DNA of 64,000 nucleotides from a virus: the IMG/VR virus record IMGVR_UViG_3300010400_000006, positions 3,493 through 67,492 of that record. One strand, given 5' to 3'. The notes beneath the pieces were generated by a model. The model saw nothing but the letters and a program-made list of their open reading frames with translations. It had not been told where the DNA came from and did no database searches. Of the stretch, positions 17,534 through 26,462 are shown in pieces. The translations under genes and the position numbers were made by a program. The first letter of the stretch is position 1; the number at the start of each line of letters is the position of its first letter.

Positions 17534-18166
17534 TCAGGCCTCCTTCTTGTCGTCGATCACAGCCTCGATGGACGTGGTCTGCTCGACCGGCAGTTCCGGC
17601 GGAGCGAGCTTGATCTTACCGTGCGGGTCGTTCGGAACTGCCCCGACCACCCTGGCGCGCTGCGGCTTGGGCTTGCCGGGCTTGCGGACCGGCTCGACGA
17701 GCATGTCGCCCTCGGGGTCGATGTGGTTCTCGTTGTCGAACTTCTCGCCCTCCGAGACCGGCACCGACTTGCGCAGATCCTCGGCCGTCACGACGACCGG
17801 CCGGTCCGCGTCGCTGTAGGCCTGGTCGCGTCCCGCCTGCTCCTCGAGCCAGCGCTCGTGCGCCGTCTTGGGGCCGGGAACCGGCTGCGGCTTGCGCTGC
17901 GGCAGCTTGGCGAAGTACTCCGGAGCCGGCACCCTCGGCTGGCTGAAGGTCCGATCGATGGCCTCCTCACGAGCCTTCCGCTGGAAGCGAGCGATCAGCG
18001 ACGATTCACTCACTCCGAACTCGTTGCAGAGGAGCTGGAATCGGTCCAGCTCCACGTCGGTGAGCGGCGTGGTGGAACGCGCCCACTCCTCGGCGAGCTG
18101 GGCCAACTCGTGCACCCGCTCGACGAACTCGACCTTCTGGTCGCGGTTCAACAGATCGATGTCCAT
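17534..18166 (-). CDS. hypothetical protein
   Basis: TGATG coupling; RBS GGAGGAG. Confidence 0.75.
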   Translation of the reverse strand: MDIDLLNRDQKVEFVERVHELAQLAEEWARSTTPLTDVELDRFQLLCNEFGVSESSLIARFQRKAREEAIDRTFSQPRVPAPEYFAKLPQRKPQPVPGPKTAHERWLEEQAGRDQAYSDADRPVVVTAEDLRKSVPVSEGEKFDNENHIDPEGDMLVEPVRKPGKPKPQRARVVGAVPNDPHGKIKLAPPELPVEQTTSIEAVIDDKKEA

Positions 18167-18501
18167 CAGTTCTCCTCCTGGCCCCAGGGCCAGCCGTTGT
18201 TGGCTGCGCAGATCGGACCGTAGCCAGCCTGCGTCGATCTCGGGTCGTTCAGGCTCTGTCCGCAGTTGCAGCACTTACCGTGCTCCCCGCCGAAGGCCGA
18301 GGCCTGCTCGGCGGTCATCTTGTTGACCGCGCTGATCTCGTTGATCAGGCCGGGCGCGTACATGAACGACCACTTCTCGGTGAGCGGGTCCTGGCGGAGA
18401 ACCTTGGCGTAGACGCGGGTCTTGCTGCGGTTCTCCACCACCTTCGCGACAGCCTTGGCTTCCGGCAACCAGTACAGACCGGGCTTGGCGATCTCCGACA
18501 T
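18166..18501 (-). CDS. DUF6011-like Zn-binding protein
   Basis: CCNCGQSLNDPRS...GYGPIC motif. Confidence 0.75.
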   Translation of the reverse strand: MSEIAKPGLYWLPEAKAVAKVVENRSKTRVYAKVLRQDPLTEKWSFMYAPGLINEISAVNKMTAEQASAFGGEHGKCCNCGQSLNDPRSTQAGYGPICAANNGWPWGQEEN

Positions 18502-18506
18502 GCTGG

Positions 18507-18593
18507 TCACTGGTGCCCACAGCCAAGCGTGCCCTTGAAGCAGCCACAGATGTAGCACCAGCCGGGCGAGGGAATCCTCCAGAACTTCATCAT
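18507..18593 (-). CDS. 28-aa Cys-rich microprotein
   Basis: ATGA overlap; MMKFWRIPSPGWCYICGCFKGTLGCGHQ. Confidence 0.45.
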   Translation of the reverse strand: MMKFWRIPSPGWCYICGCFKGTLGCGHQ

Positions 18594-18865
18594 GCCGCCA
18601 CCTTCTTCGATCCGACCTTCATGGGCAGGGCCCGCTTGATGTTGCCCTTCGGGACGTACCCGAAGCCCCGCACCGCCTGCGCCACGAGCTGCTCGAGCGC
18701 CTGCTTGCGCTGGCGCGTCTTCGGGTCGACCCAGCCGAGGGCCTTGGCGTGCTGGAAGAAGTTGATCTTGGTGCGCAGGCCGGTATTGATCTCCAGCGCC
18801 AGCGCGTGGATCAGCTGCAGCATCTGCATGCGGTGTCGCATGTCACGCGGATTGAACTCGGTCAT
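18590..18865 (-). CDS. hypothetical protein
   Basis: 91 aa, coupled. Confidence 0.75.
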   Translation of the reverse strand: MTEFNPRDMRHRMQMLQLIHALALEINTGLRTKINFFQHAKALGWVDPKTRQRKQALEQLVAQAVRGFGYVPKGNIKRALPMKVGSKKVAA

Positions 18866-18957
18866 TTGGATTCCCCTTCGCTCGTGAGCTCGGAAACAAT
18901 CAGGATCACAGACCAGATCACGAAGATCGCGATAGTCCGGAAGTCACTTTTGTGCAC
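18862..18957 (-). CDS. 31-aa membrane microprotein
   Basis: RBS GAAAGGA, GTG start, ATGA overlap. Confidence 0.5.
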   Translation of the reverse strand: MHKSDFRTIAIFVIWSVILIVSELTSEGESK

Positions 18958-18970
18958 TGGGCGTCCTTTC

Positions 18971-19021
18971 GGCCATCCTCAGGCAGCGCATCACGCTGCG
19001 ACGCCTCCCGGCGTTTCGGCC
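18971..19021 (-). ncRNA. type II hammerhead ribozyme
   Basis: GGCC-GAAA-CGCC(GGGA)GGCG-UC-GCAGCG(UGAUG)CGCUGC-CUGAGGA-U-GGCC: complete core, three stems, GUC site. Confidence 0.85.
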
Positions 19022-19023
19022 TG

Positions 19024-19311
19024 TCAGCTGAGGTCCTCGTACTCCCCGAGGATCAGCGACCGCGCGGCCGTGATGCTGATCAACCGGTGCGACTTGCCGT
19101 GTAGCAGCGCCTGGATGTCTCCTGCGACCGCCTCGAGCGTGAGGCCGTCCATCTCGAGGTAGTCGTCGGCCAGGTGCGGACCGGTGGCGAGCTCGACGGT
19201 CACCGAGAAGGTGACGACGTCACCCTTCTGCAGGTTGTCGGGGTTGGCGAGCGCGTCGCCCTCCTCGTTGAGGCGGTTGTCGACGTTGTGGACGAGCGCG
19301 TACTGTGCCAT
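19024..19311 (-). CDS. hypothetical protein
   Basis: 95 aa, RBS AGGAG. Confidence 0.75.
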   Translation of the reverse strand: MAQYALVHNVDNRLNEEGDALANPDNLQKGDVVTFSVTVELATGPHLADDYLEMDGLTLEAVAGDIQALLHGKSHRLISITAARSLILGEYEDLS

Positions 19312-19396
19312 GCTGACTCCTACTTGGTTCCGGCCCCGGTGTTACCGGGGTCCTTCTGGGGGTCGTACTCGTTGCCCTGCTGGTCCTTCTCCATGC

Positions 19397-19609
19397 TCAC
19401 CTCCTCAGAGTTGATTCGGGCTGGCCGTCGACCCGGTGAACTCGGACGGTGTCGAGCACCAGCATGAAGTCGAGGTTCACTCCGCAGATCGACAGCGCGC
19501 CGTTGCACATTGTGCCGTCCGACCGGTGCCGAGCGATCGGAGCATCTCCGATGATGCCAGGATTGAGGACGACGACCCTCCGACCGCCGTCACACTTCAG
19601 ATGTGCCAT
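19397..19609 (-). CDS. hypothetical protein
   Basis: 70 aa, RBS GGAGG. Confidence 0.65.
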   Translation of the reverse strand: MAHLKCDGGRRVVVLNPGIIGDAPIARHRSDGTMCNGALSICGVNLDFMLVLDTVRVHRVDGQPESTLRR

Positions 19610-19847
19610 GGAGCCTCCTGTTGATCTTCCGGGATGTTTCCGACACAGCCAGGGCGTAGCGCGCGGCCTGCTCCTCTGTGGCGAAGTAACTGTGTCCGGA
19701 CGTAGCTACGCCCTGGACGTCGAACGTCGGAGCCATCTCGCCCCGCGTGTGGATAGGAGCCAGCTTGCCGTCGTCGAACCGCACCTCGTAGGCTTCAGTT
19801 CCGGGGCGACCCCGGCTAGCCGCCAGTGTGACCTTAACGACCTGCAT
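19590..19847 (-). CDS. hypothetical protein
   Basis: TGATG coupling at 19847. Confidence 0.65.
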   Translation of the reverse strand: MQVVKVTLAASRGRPGTEAYEVRFDDGKLAPIHTRGEMAPTFDVQGVATSGHSYFATEEQAARYALAVSETSRKINRRLHGTSEV

Positions 19848-20179
19848 CAGTCCTCGACCTTCCCATCCGGGAAGTAGAAGACCGTGTACGACTCCTCGCC
19901 TCGGCCGTACTTCGGGAAGGCGTCGAGGTGCCACTTGGACCATCCCTCGGATTCCACCTCGTCGTCGGACGATGAACATATCTCGGCGTACCCCTGGGCC
20001 ACGGCACCGAGCGAGACGTAGAACTCGGCCAGCTTGGATGCGGCCTCCTCGAAGGGCTTGTCGACCCTGAGGGCGAAGCACCGGGAAGCGTGGCCCCAAG
20101 GAGCGTAGTCCCAGATCACGTTCTCCTGGACGTCCAAATCGGCGAAGTCCAGGATTTCCAGCAGGTGTTTCTTCAGCAT
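19847..20179 (-). CDS. hypothetical protein
   Basis: 110 aa. Confidence 0.75.
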   Translation of the reverse strand: MLKKHLLEILDFADLDVQENVIWDYAPWGHASRCFALRVDKPFEEAASKLAEFYVSLGAVAQGYAEICSSSDDEVESEGWSKWHLDAFPKYGRGEESYTVFYFPDGKVED

Positions 20180-20191
20180 CCTATGTCCTCT

Positions 20192-20509
20192 CTAAGCGAG
20201 CTCGAGGCCCGCGTCCTCGCCGCACTGGCCGTGCGCCGAGACCGTTTCGACGTCGTCGGGAGTTCGGGCCGAGATGAACTGTCCCAACGGGTCCTTCATG
20301 ATGTCCTCGGGCTCGCCGCAGATCTCGCAGTCCTCGGGCTCGTCCTCGACGACGAACGGACGCTCCGGGTTCGAGTCGACGAACATCTCCTGTCTGGCCT
20401 CGGCCAGCTCCTCGGCGATCTCGTCGATTTCGTGCAGCGGGTACGGGCGCTGCGGGAACACGTCGCTCGGCACTGCCCCGCCGGTGCTGAGGTGGTGGAG
20501 GTAGCTCAT
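20192..20509 (-). CDS. hypothetical protein (CxxC...HxxC)
   Basis: 105 aa, RBS. Confidence 0.75.
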   Translation of the reverse strand: MSYLHHLSTGGAVPSDVFPQRPYPLHEIDEIAEELAEARQEMFVDSNPERPFVVEDEPEDCEICGEPEDIMKDPLGQFISARTPDDVETVSAHGQCGEDAGLELA

Positions 20510-20510
20510 G

Positions 20511-20843
20511 TCAGTCCTCCTCGTGGAAGGCGGGGCCGCCTTCAGAGATGAAGAGTGCGATCTCGGGGCCGATGCGCTCGCGCAGGAAGCTCGCGAGGTG
20601 CTCGTGGCCGTTTCTGCAGTGCACCAGAGGTGCAGAGATGATCTCCAGCGTTCCGGACTCGTGGTTCATTCGAGCCGCGAAGGTCGTTTCCTGGGAGTCG
20701 ACGAACATCCAGTAGATGATGTTTTCGTTGTCGATGACGATGGTGCCGTCCCATCCGATGTCGTGGATGGTATCTGCTTCCTCGTCAGCCTCGCGCAGAG
20801 TGTCAAGCAGCTCCTGCGAAGGCTGCAGAATTCCGAACTGCAT
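20511..20843 (-). CDS. hypothetical protein
   Basis: RBS GGAGG before ATG 20843. Confidence 0.7.
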   Translation of the reverse strand: MQFGILQPSQELLDTLREADEEADTIHDIGWDGTIVIDNENIIYWMFVDSQETTFAARMNHESGTLEIISAPLVHCRNGHEHLASFLRERIGPEIALFISEGGPAFHEED

Positions 20844-21013
20844 GGCCCTCCGATCTGGAAGTTGCGGGTTGAAGTGCCCCGGTGCCGATCCGCGAGCGCA
20901 CACCGGGGCTGGCCTAGCTCTGATACTTACACGGGCAGTCGGACTCTTCGCAGGTGACGATCAGCAGGGGCTCCAAGAGCTCCCCGCTGAACGTCGGGTC
21001 GAGGTGGTGCATG

Positions 21014-21733
21014 TCAGGCGTCGACCTTCTTGGCGGGCACCTTGGCGGTCTTCGGGGCGCGGCGGGCCGGAACCCTGCTCGGCTTCGACTGCGCGGCCTT
21101 CTCCGAGGCGAAGTCGGTGTTCATCGCGTCCAGCTCCGGGCTGGACTCCTGGACCTTGGGGTTCGGGGCCGGGTTGGCCTCCAGCTCTGCGACGAGAGCC
21201 TCGTCGTCCTCGACGGTGTCGTTGGTGCCGATGACCGGCTCCGGGTCGTCACCGAGTTCGACGAGAGCGCGCTCGTTGACGAACGACTCCGGGTCGGCCG
21301 GAGTCTCGACGACCGCGCCAGCCTCGACGACCGGGTTGCCGGGCAGCTCGACCGCCGAGGCGACGTGCTTCCGGAGCGCAACGAGCGCGGGGTTCTGCCC
21401 CTCCAGACCGGAGGTGTCGATGCCGGCGGCCTTCAGAGCCTCCAGGGCGTCCGCGATCTTCTTCGCCTCACGCTCGGCCTTAGTGGTGCCAGGCTTCTTG
21501 CCGACCTTGGCGGCCAACTTGGCGGCGTCGGCCTCGGCCCGGAGGCGGTCGCGCTCGGCGATCCACTCGGGGGACTTCTGGAAGTCGCCGTACAGGTTGA
21601 CGGCGATCTGCACAGCCTTCAGGTCCGGCTCGAAGCCGGTCTTCTCGGCGATCCAGCCCGCGTAGAACTCGTGCAGGGGCGTGGGCGCCTTGGTGACGTA
21701 GGCGGTGTAGTTCTTGGCGGTGGACTCGGCCAT
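21014..21733 (-). CDS. hypothetical protein; paralogue of 9459..9944
   Basis: RBS GAGGAG; shared N-terminal domain; basic C-terminus. Confidence 0.85.
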   Translation of the reverse strand: MAESTAKNYTAYVTKAPTPLHEFYAGWIAEKTGFEPDLKAVQIAVNLYGDFQKSPEWIAERDRLRAEADAAKLAAKVGKKPGTTKAEREAKKIADALEALKAAGIDTSGLEGQNPALVALRKHVASAVELPGNPVVEAGAVVETPADPESFVNERALVELGDDPEPVIGTNDTVEDDEALVAELEANPAPNPKVQESSPELDAMNTDFASEKAAQSKPSRVPARRAPKTAKVPAKKVDA

Positions 21734-21866
21734 TTCGACTCCTCGGTTGACACGACTGGCATTGATGGTACTCCAGTCGAGGTGGTTGCACGAGCGGGCG
21801 CTCGGAAAGCGCGCAGTAGGTCGGCTACTGCACGCCATCCCAGCGTCCGGCGCTGGTCCTAGCAGA

Positions 21867-22052
21867 TCAGAGCTGGCCCCCGTTGAACGCCCATTCCAGC
21901 TTGTCCAGCTCGGTGTCGTACTCGCCGTAGTCGACGTCAGAGTCGTCGACCGGCAGCGAGGGGTCGAACACGGTCACGAGCGGGTCAACGGACGCGCCGA
22001 GGGACTCGGACACGATTGCGCCGAAGATTTCACCGAGCTTCAGAAAGTCCAC
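21867..22052 (-). CDS. acidic hypothetical protein
   Basis: RBS GGGAG, GTG start, 61 aa. Confidence 0.6.
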   Translation of the reverse strand: MDFLKLGEIFGAIVSESLGASVDPLVTVFDPSLPVDDSDVDYGEYDTELDKLEWAFNGGQL

Positions 22053-22220
22053 AGAATGCTCCCTAGTACGCGGGCGTATCTGCCGCAGGCAGATGGCCCT
22101 TACCGAAGGTAAGTCCAAGTTCGAGAGTGCGCCCCTAGTCGCGGGAGTGCGCGCGTTAGTACGCGAAGGCGAGCGCGTAGGCTCCGAGGGTACCCCGAAG
22201 GGTACCCTACGCAGGTCAGA

Positions 22221-22496
22221 CTAGTCCCAGCACTGGTTACAGCGACCCGCCAGGGGCAGAGCAATGCCGCAACCGGGGCAGGGCTTACCGTGCCGCGCAG
22301 GGCGGACTGCGGCCTTCTTACGGAATACCGGCGGGTCACCCGGCAGAGCAGAGTTCACCCCGTAGTAACCGGAATTACGGGCCCGGAAGTCAGTTGCGAT
22401 AGGGGTAGCCGAGGTACCGACTACGTAGCGGTTACCCTTAGTCAGACTGCCGCCCCGAGGGACAGTAACCCGCACCTTACGCTGCGCCTCAAACAT
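22221..22496 (-). CDS. small basic protein with C-terminal Zn ribbon
   Basis: CPGC...CNQC; first ORF after the control region. Confidence 0.6.
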   Translation of the reverse strand: MFEAQRKVRVTVPRGGSLTKGNRYVVGTSATPIATDFRARNSGYYGVNSALPGDPPVFRKKAAVRPARHGKPCPGCGIALPLAGRCNQCWD

Positions 22497-22581
22497 TATA
22501 CTTCACCCTTAGCAAGTAGAGCTACCCCCTAGCCGACCTAGCGGGCCCTAACCCCCGGAGTACCGGGGCCTTACCGTTACT

Positions 22582-22610
22582 ACCCTACCCTAGCGGGCCG
22601 GTAAAGTAAA
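22582..22610 (-). promoter_or_regulatory. putative early promoter
   Basis: TTTACT-17 nt-TAGGGT on minus strand; more GTAGGGTA copies near 22672 and 22736. Confidence 0.5.
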
Positions 22611-22939
22611 GCCGGCCAGTTTTACGGTACAGCTAGTAGGCTTACCGGGCCGGGTACGCGCCTTACGCCTTTACCCTACCCCGGTAATACCGACCGCGCC
22701 CCGTTAGGGGCCGCCGGACTAACCCGGTAAAACAGTACCCTACCCTACTTAGCGGCGGGGCGCTACCCCCTACCTAGCGGGGCCGGGGGCCGCGCCCCCT
22801 TTTTGGTATAGCACTAACCTACCCGCCGGGCGGGCCCCCGTATACCGCCGAATGGGTTAACTCGTATCCACGCGCGTAGTACGGAACCGCGTCAGCGGGC
22901 GCGCGGTTCCTCTCCCCCGCGTCGCTCGTAGGCGCTACG

Positions 22940-22992
22940 CGCGGTTCCTAACCGCGACCCGCGACGTACGCGGTTCCTAACCGCGACCCGCG
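22940..22992. repeat. 24-bp direct repeat x2, each with a CGCGGTT-N3-AACCGCG palindrome
   Basis: CGCGGTTCCTAACCGCGACCCGCG at 22940-22963 and 22969-22992. Confidence 0.9.
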
Positions 22993-23572
22993 CGGGCCTA
23001 CGCCTACGCCCCGATTGGAAAGTACGGAACCGCGCCCGGTTAGAAGAACGCGCAACGCGCGCAGCGCTGGCGCCCGAGAGAGTGGATCGCGCGCTGTGCC
23101 TATTCTTCGCGCGCGGGACCCGGCGCGGTACCTTCCTTGTCGGGCGCGCGAGGCGCTAAGCTCCCCCGCCGTGGGCGCGTACGCGAGCGGATCCGCGCGA
23201 AAGACGCGCCCGCGCGCCGATTCGTGCGGGCGCGCGGTAGGCGCTCGGTCGCACATTCGCGCGATTCAGCCAAGACGCGCGCACACCCGAGCTCGATCCT
23301 TAGACAACGAGCGCGTAGAGAAGGAACCGCGACGCGCGGGTTTTCGTTCGCGTATGCGGCTAAATAGCGCGCACGACGCGTTACCCCCACCCCACCCCTA
23401 AAGCCCCTCCCCTCCCCCTTTTACGGGCGCGGAGTAGGTACCTGGCGCGCGGTTAAGCCGCGTGCGCGTACGCGGAAACATAGGAACGCGCGCAATAGTT
23501 AACCCGCGCGACTCGCGATACGCGCGCCCGGAACGCGTACAGATCAGCGAAGCTGATCCATCCCGAACGCGA

Positions 23573-23623
23573 ATCAGCCCTGCTGGAGGGGCGGAGGATC
23601 CCCTTGATTCCAGCAGGGCTGAT
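23573..23623 (-). terminator. 15-bp stem hairpin ending the late/lysis operon
   Basis: ATCAGCCCTGCTGGA / TCCAGCAGGGCTGAT downstream of the last lysis gene; weak U tract. Confidence 0.5.
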
Positions 23624-23686
23624 CAGTTCGATGCGACGCGTGGCCTAGCTTCCCAAGCTCATCGTACCCTAAGCGCGGCCTGCGCG

Positions 23687-24028
23687 CTAGTACGAACCTG
23701 GCGGAGACAGATTCGGATTCGTTCCGCCTTCACCGACGATCGGGAGCACCGCGTTTCCCGCCACCTGCGGGCGCTGGACGTGCGTGGCCTTCCAGCCGGC
23801 CCACCAGGTCAACGCGCCGACGATGCCGGCCAGCAGGATATCGGTCAGGATCTGTCCCAGCCAGTCCTGCAAGAACGGCATGATGCCGGCCATCACGGGC
23901 ACGGTCTTGAGCAGGAAGGCCGCCACCAGCGAGACCAGGAAGGCCGCGATTCGCGCAGCCGCCACCTTCGGCTCGATCGGGTACTCGCCGTCCACATTGG
24001 GCTCTTGTACCTGCGCCTGATCGTTCAT
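23687..24028 (-). CDS. holin-like membrane protein
   Basis: IEPKVAAA, two TM segments, GWKATH..RP end. Confidence 0.65.
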   Translation of the reverse strand: MNDQAQVQEPNVDGEYPIEPKVAAARIAAFLVSLVAAFLLKTVPVMAGIMPFLQDWLGQILTDILLAGIVGALTWWAGWKATHVQRPQVAGNAVLPIVGEGGTNPNLSPPGSY

Positions 24029-24084
24029 GATTCTAACCTGCCTTCTCGAGATCCAATCGGACACAGGGGTAGTTTAGCGTATGC

Positions 24085-25530
24085 CTAGTACAGCCCGATG
24101 AAGTTCGTCTGGCCAGAATCAGAGCCAGTGCTCACAGGATTGATCGAGGCCCAGGAAGTGATGCCGGTCGCATAGAAGCAGCGCCGATTGGCTACTCCCA
24201 CGCCTCCATTCATTGGGCCCGCGGAAGTGGACATTCCGGAGAACGTCGGAGCCCCACCCAAGTTCGACACGAATGCTACCCAGACAAAACGCGGGTCTGT
24301 TTGCGACGCGACCGGCGCGGAAAGTGCCTTCGGACGCCATCCTGTGGAAGTGAACAAGGCGTTGTCGGTCGGAGTTGAACCAACCAGCGTTCCGTCGTCC
24401 TCGAACACCGAGTAGCCCTGGATGCCACCGCCAGGGGTGTTGCCTGCAATGGTGGCGTACATGACTGCGCCAACAATGGGTTTCCCGCCAGGGACCCGGA
24501 CACGCTGCCACACCGCCACGCCTGCACCAGGGGCACCTGCACCCGTGGCGCTTTCTGGGTCCATGCTCGCTGCGATCAGGCCGTACCCGGAGAGCGGATA
24601 GTTCGCCTCTGATGCAGCCCCTCCGCCACCAGCGGGCGTGGACCACACCAGGCTACCACCGGAAACGCCCAGGAACGTGCCATCAGCACCCTTGGTGAGC
24701 TTCGTTGCAGCGTCATTTGCGGTGCCAGCAATCAGATCACCGGCTGCGTCGAAGATGGTGAACGGGATCTTGGCCGATGCGTTTTCCAGCGCAGTAACGC
24801 GACCATCGATCGCAGTGACCGAAGCGGCGCTGGCTTTTCCGCCGAGGGCCGTCATGATCGTCGTCGAGAAGTTCACATCATCATCGATAGCCTGGGCTAG
24901 TTCGTCCAAAGTGTCCAGAGCCGCCGGGGCAGCTCCAACCCAGGCTGCGATGCCGGCCGTAACGCGCGCGTCTGCTGCAGCAGCGAAGTCGGTGATCTGA
25001 GAAGCCGTGTGCGTGTGGACTGTCGCAGCCTTGCCTGCCAAGCCCGGAACTGTCGGGGCACTGGCAGTGCCGCCGAGGTCTCCTGCAAGTTGGAGCTTGC
25101 CCTTGAGGACCGCTGTGGCGTCTGGCGTGGATCCGCCCGAGCCCGCTACCTCGACGTCGCCGGTCACCGGGTCCGGTGCGATGCCATTCACGGTTCGAAC
25201 CGTGGTGAACACCTCAGGCACTGGTTCGACCGCTGCGATGTCCTCGTAGTTGATGTTGCTTGGCGCTCCGAGCGGCAGCGCGAAGTTCCAAGGGTTCTCG
25301 GGCTGGTTGTCGATCAGCTCGGTGACGTGATAAGTGCCAACCGGCAGCCTGACCAAGGTGATCTCGCCGACGCCCTCCACGATGCTGACGGAAACTTGGC
25401 GCGGCGAGAGCACCGTGGTGCCGATTGTTTGCCGGGGCGGCTGGAAAAGAATCCGGCCCGAGGAGTTCGTGCCCTGGGCTCTGGTGAAGTCGATGGAAAT
25501 GACGGTGGTTGCAGCAGAGCCCAGAGGCAC
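24085..25530 (-). CDS. tail fibre / virion structural protein
   Basis: KGKLQLAGDLGGTA, HTHTASQITDF and APAALDTLDELA..IDDD fibre motifs. Confidence 0.75.
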   Translation of the reverse strand: MPLGSAATTVISIDFTRAQGTNSSGRILFQPPRQTIGTTVLSPRQVSVSIVEGVGEITLVRLPVGTYHVTELIDNQPENPWNFALPLGAPSNINYEDIAAVEPVPEVFTTVRTVNGIAPDPVTGDVEVAGSGGSTPDATAVLKGKLQLAGDLGGTASAPTVPGLAGKAATVHTHTASQITDFAAAADARVTAGIAAWVGAAPAALDTLDELAQAIDDDVNFSTTIMTALGGKASAASVTAIDGRVTALENASAKIPFTIFDAAGDLIAGTANDAATKLTKGADGTFLGVSGGSLVWSTPAGGGGAASEANYPLSGYGLIAASMDPESATGAGAPGAGVAVWQRVRVPGGKPIVGAVMYATIAGNTPGGGIQGYSVFEDDGTLVGSTPTDNALFTSTGWRPKALSAPVASQTDPRFVWVAFVSNLGGAPTFSGMSTSAGPMNGGVGVANRRCFYATGITSWASINPVSTGSDSGQTNFIGLY

Positions 25531-25569
25531 GATGTCTCCTAGGTGTTCGGCGGAGAACTCAGGAGTAGA

Positions 25570-26451
25570 TCAGCCGCCGGTCGGACGCGACTGGTAGGTC
25601 ATGGTGCCCTGGAGCCCCTTCATGGCGTTGATCACCTTCTGGGTGTCGACACCCTCCGGCAGTTCGGCCGCCAGCTCCTTGGCGAAGGCCTTGCGGTCCG
25701 CGTCGGACATGCCGCCGGAAGCGTCGCGCGCGTCGATGCGATTCACGACCGTCTCGATGTTGGCGATGGCAACGCGATCGATGCGCTGGGCTTCGATCTG
25801 CTTGTCCTGCCACCCGGCCACGCGCTGTACGGTGTCCTGCACGGTCTCCTTGTTGCCGGGGCCACCGCCGACGATCGGCGCGTTGTCGGTATCCCACAGA
25901 GCCGACCAGACCGCGCGCGTCTTGGTCAGCAGCTCGGTCTGCTCTTCGGGGGTGAGTCCAGCCATGAAGTTTTCCTCTTCCTTGGGCTCGTCGACGCCGG
26001 GCCAGTAGTCGGCCACGGCGCTCAGGTCGTAGTGCTTGCCGATCTGCGGCGGGTGCATGTACTGCTTCGCCACGGCTCCGGCCGGGATGTTCCCCAGTTG
26101 GTCGTACTTGGCCACCCACCAGTGCGGCTCCGGCTCACCGGCGTGAGCAAACTCAGCCGCAACCCACTGCCAGTCGTTCTGCTGGTTGCAGTAGATGGTC
26201 GGGTCATACCCGTCCGCACGGGCCCGGCGAACCCATCCGACCGCGTTCTCGGGCGGCCAGATGCATCCCTTCTCCACGTCCCCGACCGGAGCGGTGTTGA
26301 CGCCGATAGCAGAGATGGGAACCTTGACCGCGTTCGGGAACAGGTTGATCCAGGCCTGTGACCACTTGTAGATGCCGTCGACGTAGTACGCCACCATCTC
26401 TGCGTCGCGCGGAATGTCGTCCGGGCTGGTCGAGTCGTACATCTTGCGCAT
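25570..26451 (-). CDS. endolysin (GH25-like muramidase N-terminal domain)
   Basis: MYDS..., DVEKG, PTIYC, WWVAKYD, AVAKQY, YDLS; next to holins. Confidence 0.8.
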   Translation of the reverse strand: MRKMYDSTSPDDIPRDAEMVAYYVDGIYKWSQAWINLFPNAVKVPISAIGVNTAPVGDVEKGCIWPPENAVGWVRRARADGYDPTIYCNQQNDWQWVAAEFAHAGEPEPHWWVAKYDQLGNIPAGAVAKQYMHPPQIGKHYDLSAVADYWPGVDEPKEEENFMAGLTPEEQTELLTKTRAVWSALWDTDNAPIVGGGPGNKETVQDTVQRVAGWQDKQIEAQRIDRVAIANIETVVNRIDARDASGGMSDADRKAFAKELAAELPEGVDTQKVINAMKGLQGTMTYQSRPTGG

Positions 26452-26462
26452 GGATCCTCCTT

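Noticed and set aside
22050-22220. Twister or other self-cleaving ribozyme
   Set aside because: Could not build the required pseudoknots or core by hand
22948-23401. ORFs in the CGCG-rich block
   Set aside because: Arg/Ala-rich translations of low-complexity DNA with no RBS
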